DNA of 64,000 nucleotides. It comes from Amoebidium appalachense. Its lineage: Eukaryota; Protista; Ichthyosporea. Position 1 is the first letter of the stretch. The number at the start of each line of letters is the position of its first letter. The stretch is taken from positions 12,237,728-12,301,727 of the forward strand of contig CAVNZM010000005.1 of the NCBI GenBank assembly GCA_963693365.1, read 5' to 3'. Under the pieces are notes generated by a model. It ran no database searches. It had not been told where the DNA came from and was given only the letters and a program-made list of their open reading frames with translations. Made by a program: the position numbers and the translations under genes. Positions 58,365 through 64,000 of the stretch are shown here, piece by piece.

Positions 58365-59932
58365 TATGACCATGTGTGTGCGTGCATGTGCGCGTTTGTG
58401 ACCATGCGTGTGTGGCGTGTGTGTGTGTCACTGTGTGTGTGCCACAGTGTGTCTTTCTTTGTGTGGGTGTGTGGATGGGTGTGTCTGTGTGTGTCACAGT
58501 GTACATGTGTGTGCGTTTGCGTTTGGGTATGGATGTGGGGGTGTGTGGGGGGGTTGCTTGCCTGTAAGTGCTTGCATGGCTGTGGTGCGCACGATGCATG
58601 CCTGTGTGTGTGTGTGTGTAGTTGACGTATATAAAATATATTTTATGGAAGCTCTTTTGGATCAATTGTTACCCGTCACTTGTCGTGCCTTTTATCGAGT
58701 ATCTGTGACTGTGTCTGTCACACTGTGTGCGTGGTTTGGCGCGATGGCTTTGTCTGTTCACATGTGTGGATTGCATGTTTTTAGCCAGTAGCTCGCGTTT
58801 TGCTCTCCTCTTCTAAAAATCAGTTCATGAAGGAACAATGTTTCCAAAGGATGCTTAACTTCTACCTGTTTATAGGTGTTTGTCACTGGCAGATAGATAT
58901 GCTGAAATCATAAGAAAGTACAAAACCAGCCTGCTCTTTTTGCCGAATATTTTGGAGCCTTGCAGCAAGTTTACTCTGGTGATGTTTTCGGTCCATCAGC
59001 ACAAAATCCTACTGTTTCCATATACTCCCAATGTGTGAAATCAAAATCTAAACTTGCTAAGAGCAAGATTGTGCGTCTTTTCTGTTCGGTTCTGCTTTTT
59101 GCAAAATAAAGCTGGCTGGCAGCAAGTACTGTATGCTGTCAATGTGGTTGTAACACTAAGAGTATAGCACGCATCGAGCAGCCCTGATAAATCGTAATAT
59201 CCTTCATACCGCGTGCTAATACTGAGTAAATATTGCACACTCAGCCAGGATACTCAACCAAGAACCTGGCCCTTACGGGCACACGTTTTACAATGCTGGC
59301 TCCTTCTTCTTTTCCTCCGGCAACTCATCACAGTGTGCTGCGGGCCTGAAGGTGAAGATTACCGTTAGAGATCCCACCGTCCCAAGTACACCAGTGGTAT
59401 CCGCAACTACCACTCAAGGTGAGAACTTTCTCTCCCGTCCCCCCTTTCCCCCTCCCCCCCCCCCCCCCCCCCCTCCTCCCCCGCCCCGCCCCAACCACCA
59501 CCACCACGTGCACCCCTCGCCCATTTACTATCCTCCAGGGCCCCCCTCCCCCCCCTCCCCCCTCCCCCCCCTCCCCCCCCTCCTCCTCCTCCTCCCTTTA
59601 TGGCTGCTTTTCCTTTATGTTCCAGGCATACACCAGTCCAGCGGGCGGCCCATACACAATACGGGTCGGTGGGCAGAATTATCCAAGAAATTGATTCAGA
59701 AATGTTAATATGATAAGTTAAAAAAAAGACTCACATACGTACCCCCCCTCCCCCTCCCCCAGTTGTCTCTCCCCAGCCTTCAGCAGCCGTTTCAAGTTCT
59801 CGGCCCACTGTGGCTGCACCGGTGGCTGTGAACAACGGTGGGGTGACCCAAAATGGGTAAGTCAGTGTAAAGTCTATGATCTAATTCATGGGTATGGGTG
59901 TGTGGTTCTGCATGTGTCTCGTTGTCACACAC

Positions 59933-59963
<31 letters not shown>

Positions 59964-61029
59964 TGGGGGGAGAGAGGGGCGGGGCTGGGGGGGGGAACGG
60001 GGGCCGCTGGGATGGGTGGGTTGGTGGGTGCACCACTGGTGTGTGTGTGTGCCCGCTTTTGGCAACTTGTGTGTACGGTTTGTGTGTGTGTGTGTCCATA
60101 TGTGCCCGTGTCCGCGCACACTTGCATGTCCTGGCACAGGAGCGTGTGCATGTGGTGACGTGTGCACTTGTTTTCTTGTTATTTTTATTTTATATTATTT
60201 TTTTGTTTTTGTTATTTTTGGGGGGGGGGGGGGACTGAGAGGTTCAGAAGGAGAGGAGCCCACACGGCGCTAATTAGTAAGAAAAACGGTGGTTTTCTGC
60301 CAATCAAATAAGTTTGCCTATCGTAGTAGATAAAGATTGGATGTATGATATTGAGCAACCAAGAACTAGGCATTGTTACAGTATTTTAACGTAAAAACTT
60401 TTTGCACAGATAATGCTGCTTTTCTATTTGTTGAAGCAGATTGTGTCTCCTGATAGTTTTGTTCAAACAATTACGAATCGTTTATATACACAGGTCAGCA
60501 ACAGTGGCATGGCAAGTGCCCAGCACGCCCAATCAGCAGCTAGTGCCCAGCGCACCCATCCACACGCTGGGAACCCTGACGTTCACGTACACGGGCAGTG
60601 AGACTGTTGCAAGGTTCAGAGTCAAGGATGACTATGATAAATGCAACGTAGAAAGAGGTATGTGTGTGTGTGTGTTGAGCTGTCTGTATGTGTTTATTGT
60701 GTGGTGGTGGAAGGGTGTGTGTGTGGGGGGGGGGGGGGGGGGGGGGGGGCTAAAGGGGGGGCGGGGGGGGGGGGGGGGGGGGGGGGGGAGACTGAGGGGG
60801 GAGGGAGTGCATGAGCATGGTCTAGAACACACCGTCTGTATGTGTGCAGTCATTGAGGTGTGTTGTCACCATTATAAATAAAAGCAAAAAAATAACACAC
60901 CAATTTGTTCTGATTTCCAAAACCAAATATGCATATTCTAACACGGTAACTTTACCCCCTTCCGTCCCCATTCCTCCTCCCCCCTCCAATCCGCACCGTC
61001 ATAACACACCACCGCGGCTATTATCGCAT

Positions 61030-61078
<49 letters not shown>

Positions 61079-61146
61079 TGCACAAACTAATACAGACACA
61101 CAAACATGCACACCGCATGCGCGCACGCGCATACAAGTGCACACGT

Positions 61147-61212
<66 letters not shown>

Positions 61213-61328
61213 TGCACACACACACACACAAATGCACACTCTGACACAGACACACATTCCACACACAAATGCACATCGCTCGCGCCCGCACACACACACA
61301 CACAACACACGCACACAAATGCACACGT

Positions 61329-61377
<49 letters not shown>

Positions 61378-62116
61378 GCCACCGGCCTACACAATGCTGC
61401 CGCTCCCTATCGCCACACCTTCACAAGTACCGGCACCTACTATTTCGCCTCATCTGATATCAATAAATGCCGTGCTGGCCAGAAGGTTACCGTATTGGTA
61501 ACTGCACGCCCAAATCTCACCGCCACTACAACAAATCCCCCTAAGGCAGCCATTTCAACCCCCACCCCAACCCGCTGCTGGGTCTGCTGCGCCGCCACCC
61601 GGGCTGCCGCCCGCGGACGTCAACGGGCACATCTTCATCCCCATTCCCTGGATCAACCCTGACCCCAATGCGCCGCCGCCGCTGACGGTGCTGCCCGATC
61701 TGCTCGTCAACGATGCCGTGGTGTTTGACTACGGCGGGGAGCTGCATGACGTCTATCTGTTCCCCAACAGGAAGGACTATGACGACTGCAACTTTGCAAA
61801 CGGTATTCGTATCCCTTTCATCCCTTTCCCCCCCCCCCCCCCCCCCCCCCTTCCCCCCTCTCCCCCCCCCCCCCCCCCCCCCCCTCCTCCCCCTCACTCC
61901 CTCTCCCGCCCCCCTCGACCTCTTGAAACCCTTTACTCCTCTTTCCACGATCCCAACGCAATCACGCTTTCCCTGATGCCCTCTACATATTCATGTCCTA
62001 AACATTTTCCGCACACAACAAAAACTCAAACACAGTTGAAAGCACAGTTCACACACAAAAAAAACACATAAACAGACAGAGACACACACATGCACACACG
62101 CACGCGCACACACACA

Positions 62117-62148
<32 letters not shown>

Positions 62149-62260
62149 GAGTGTACACAGACACGCAAGCACACAAACACCCATACCCACACAGTGAAGT
62201 CCACAAACATCCAGACATTCACACACACATACACACACACTCTCTCTCTGCACACAGTGT

Positions 62261-62293
<33 letters not shown>

Positions 62294-62303
62294 GCACACC
62301 GAC

Positions 62304-62376
<73 letters not shown>

Positions 62377-62520
62377 ACACCGACACACCGACACACACAC
62401 CCCGTTACACACACACACAAATGCGCGTGTGCGCACACACACACCGTGACACACATGCACACACACCCCCACACCGTGACACACATGCACACACACCCAT
62501 ACACCGTGTACACACCAAAC

Positions 62521-62585
<65 letters not shown>

Positions 62586-63350
62586 GACGCGCACGCACAC
62601 ACACATACACGCACGCATATACACATACACACATGCATACACACACATGCACGCACATGCAGGGTACACACACGGTGTACGAGAAGGGGAGGGATACAGA
62701 GAGAATCTCAGATGCACAACCCAAGCACGGTGTCGACACTGGCACACACACGTATGTGTGGAAATGCTTGTGGAAATGAGCTCGTTACATTTGGAATAAC
62801 TATTTCGATTCGTGTTCACTTTTCCTCCTCCCTCATCCCTTTTAACCCTACCCCCGCAGCGACGCTTGTTGGTGGGCCCAATGACAGCCCGTACACGCTT
62901 GTGCTTCGTGAGCCCATCACCTACTACATCGGATGCAGCATTCCCCTGCACTGCACACGCGACAAAATGAAACTGACCGTTACCGTAAGACCCGGCGAAC
63001 GCCCAATCGGCCCCATCCCTGCCCGCCCGTTTTCTGTCCCGCGGAACACGACAAATGTCACCAAACCTCTCTCTGTTCTTTCCGTCGCCCCACCCCCACC
63101 CCCACCCCCACTCGCACCCCTCCCCTGCCTCTGCCGCCCCCACCCCCCGGGCTGCCGCCTGCGGACGTCAACGGGCACATCTTCATCCCCATTCCTTGGA
63201 TCAACCCCGACCCCAATGCGCCGCCGCCGCTGACGGTGCTTCCCGATCTGCTGGTCAACGATGCCGTGGTGTTTGACTACGGCGGGGAGCTGCATGACGT
63301 CTATCTGTTCCCCAACAGGAAGGACTATGACGACTGCAACTTTGCAAATG
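57798..63350 (+). CDS. Secreted multi-domain phytocyanin/cupredoxin-like protein, spliced, 3'-incomplete
   Basis: Phase-compatible GT-AG exons 57798-58023, 59245-59418, 59763-59856, 60494-60657, 61379-61802 and 62860-63350. Signal peptide MHLQATVVLAVLLFASSPTEG; motifs RVGDEVVFNF, DYDxC, GTYYF...C..GQKV, HDVY, YYIGCSIPLHCTRDKMKL. Two apparent frameshifts fall in C-rich tracts (~61560 and ~63100). Confidence 0.8.
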
Positions 63351-63539
63351 GTACCTTCCTTTCCTCCCCTATCCGCCCACTCCACACATCCCACACATGG
63401 ACGTGCGCACAGGCCTTTGGGGACTTTATCACACCGCTACACGCATGGAATCTTCTTAACCATTCCACTCCCTAGCCGCCTCACAACAAAGTTTAGGGAA
63501 TGTTCAGACACTATCGTCGAACCTTCTAGGAATCGTTCT

Positions 63540-63790
63540 TTGAACCAACCACCGCTTCCCCCATTTTAGCAACCCGCGAACCACACTGTTAGACGTCACT
63601 TCGTTAACAATAATCACTCATCCGTTTTGGCGCTTAGCTTGAAAAAGGCGCGAAATACTGTAGTTTGTCGACATCGGCAATGTGACCTAATATGACTACG
63701 TCTTCTGATTGGTCAGAGACATCTGAGAAATGTGGCTCTCCGCTTCTCACCGCCCAGACGCTAAAATGGGAGACACGGTGGTTTCTTTAA
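63540..63790. mobile_element. MITE of the same TIR family as 1972-2252, intronic
   Basis: TTGAACCAACCACCGCTTCCCCATTTTAGC...GCTAAAATGGGAGACACGGTGGTTTCTTTAA. Confidence 0.7.
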
Positions 63791-64000
63791 TGCGCGGAAA
63801 TAGTATAAGCCGTGGCTTTGAGACTGACGCGGTAAAGGCTACTTTCTTTGGAATGGAAAATGCAGTCGGGCCATAACGGTTTTCGAAATTTACTTAAAAT
63901 CAAACGGGATTTTTCGGACATTTTGCTTCTTTGTGTTCCCTTTATTTCTGTTTTCTCCTACTCATTCGGTTGGTAGTTTTTCCTGTGCTCAGTATTTTTC

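Overview
This is eukaryotic DNA, dense in poly-G/poly-C runs and (GT)n/(GA)n microsatellites, so most entries in the ORF track are artefacts. The histone sequences suggest a non-animal opisthokont, possibly a unicellular holozoan (inference). Well-supported content: (1) a complete, apparently recent Ngaro/DIRS-order tyrosine-recombinase retrotransposon (23731-29423) with split direct repeats and a single fused RT-RNaseH-YR ORF; (2) an intronless core-histone quartet arranged as divergent H2A/H4 and H3/H2B pairs, each gene followed by the same variant 3' stem-loop (GGTGTT-N4-AACACC) and a conserved downstream element resembling a U7 target; (3) a decayed Ty3/Gypsy element whose 5' LTR is collapsed to 18 bp; (4) a spliced, secreted multi-phytocyanin/cupredoxin-domain gene running off the right edge; (5) several MITE/foldback elements. 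Less certain: a field of co-oriented minus-strand relics comprising four diverged copies of an unrecognised ~200-aa protein family, Penelope-like RT fragments, a tandem array of GIY-YIG-like fragments and a hammerhead-like motif. These may be remains of one undescribed multi-ORF retroelement family. All alignments and splice models were made by eye.
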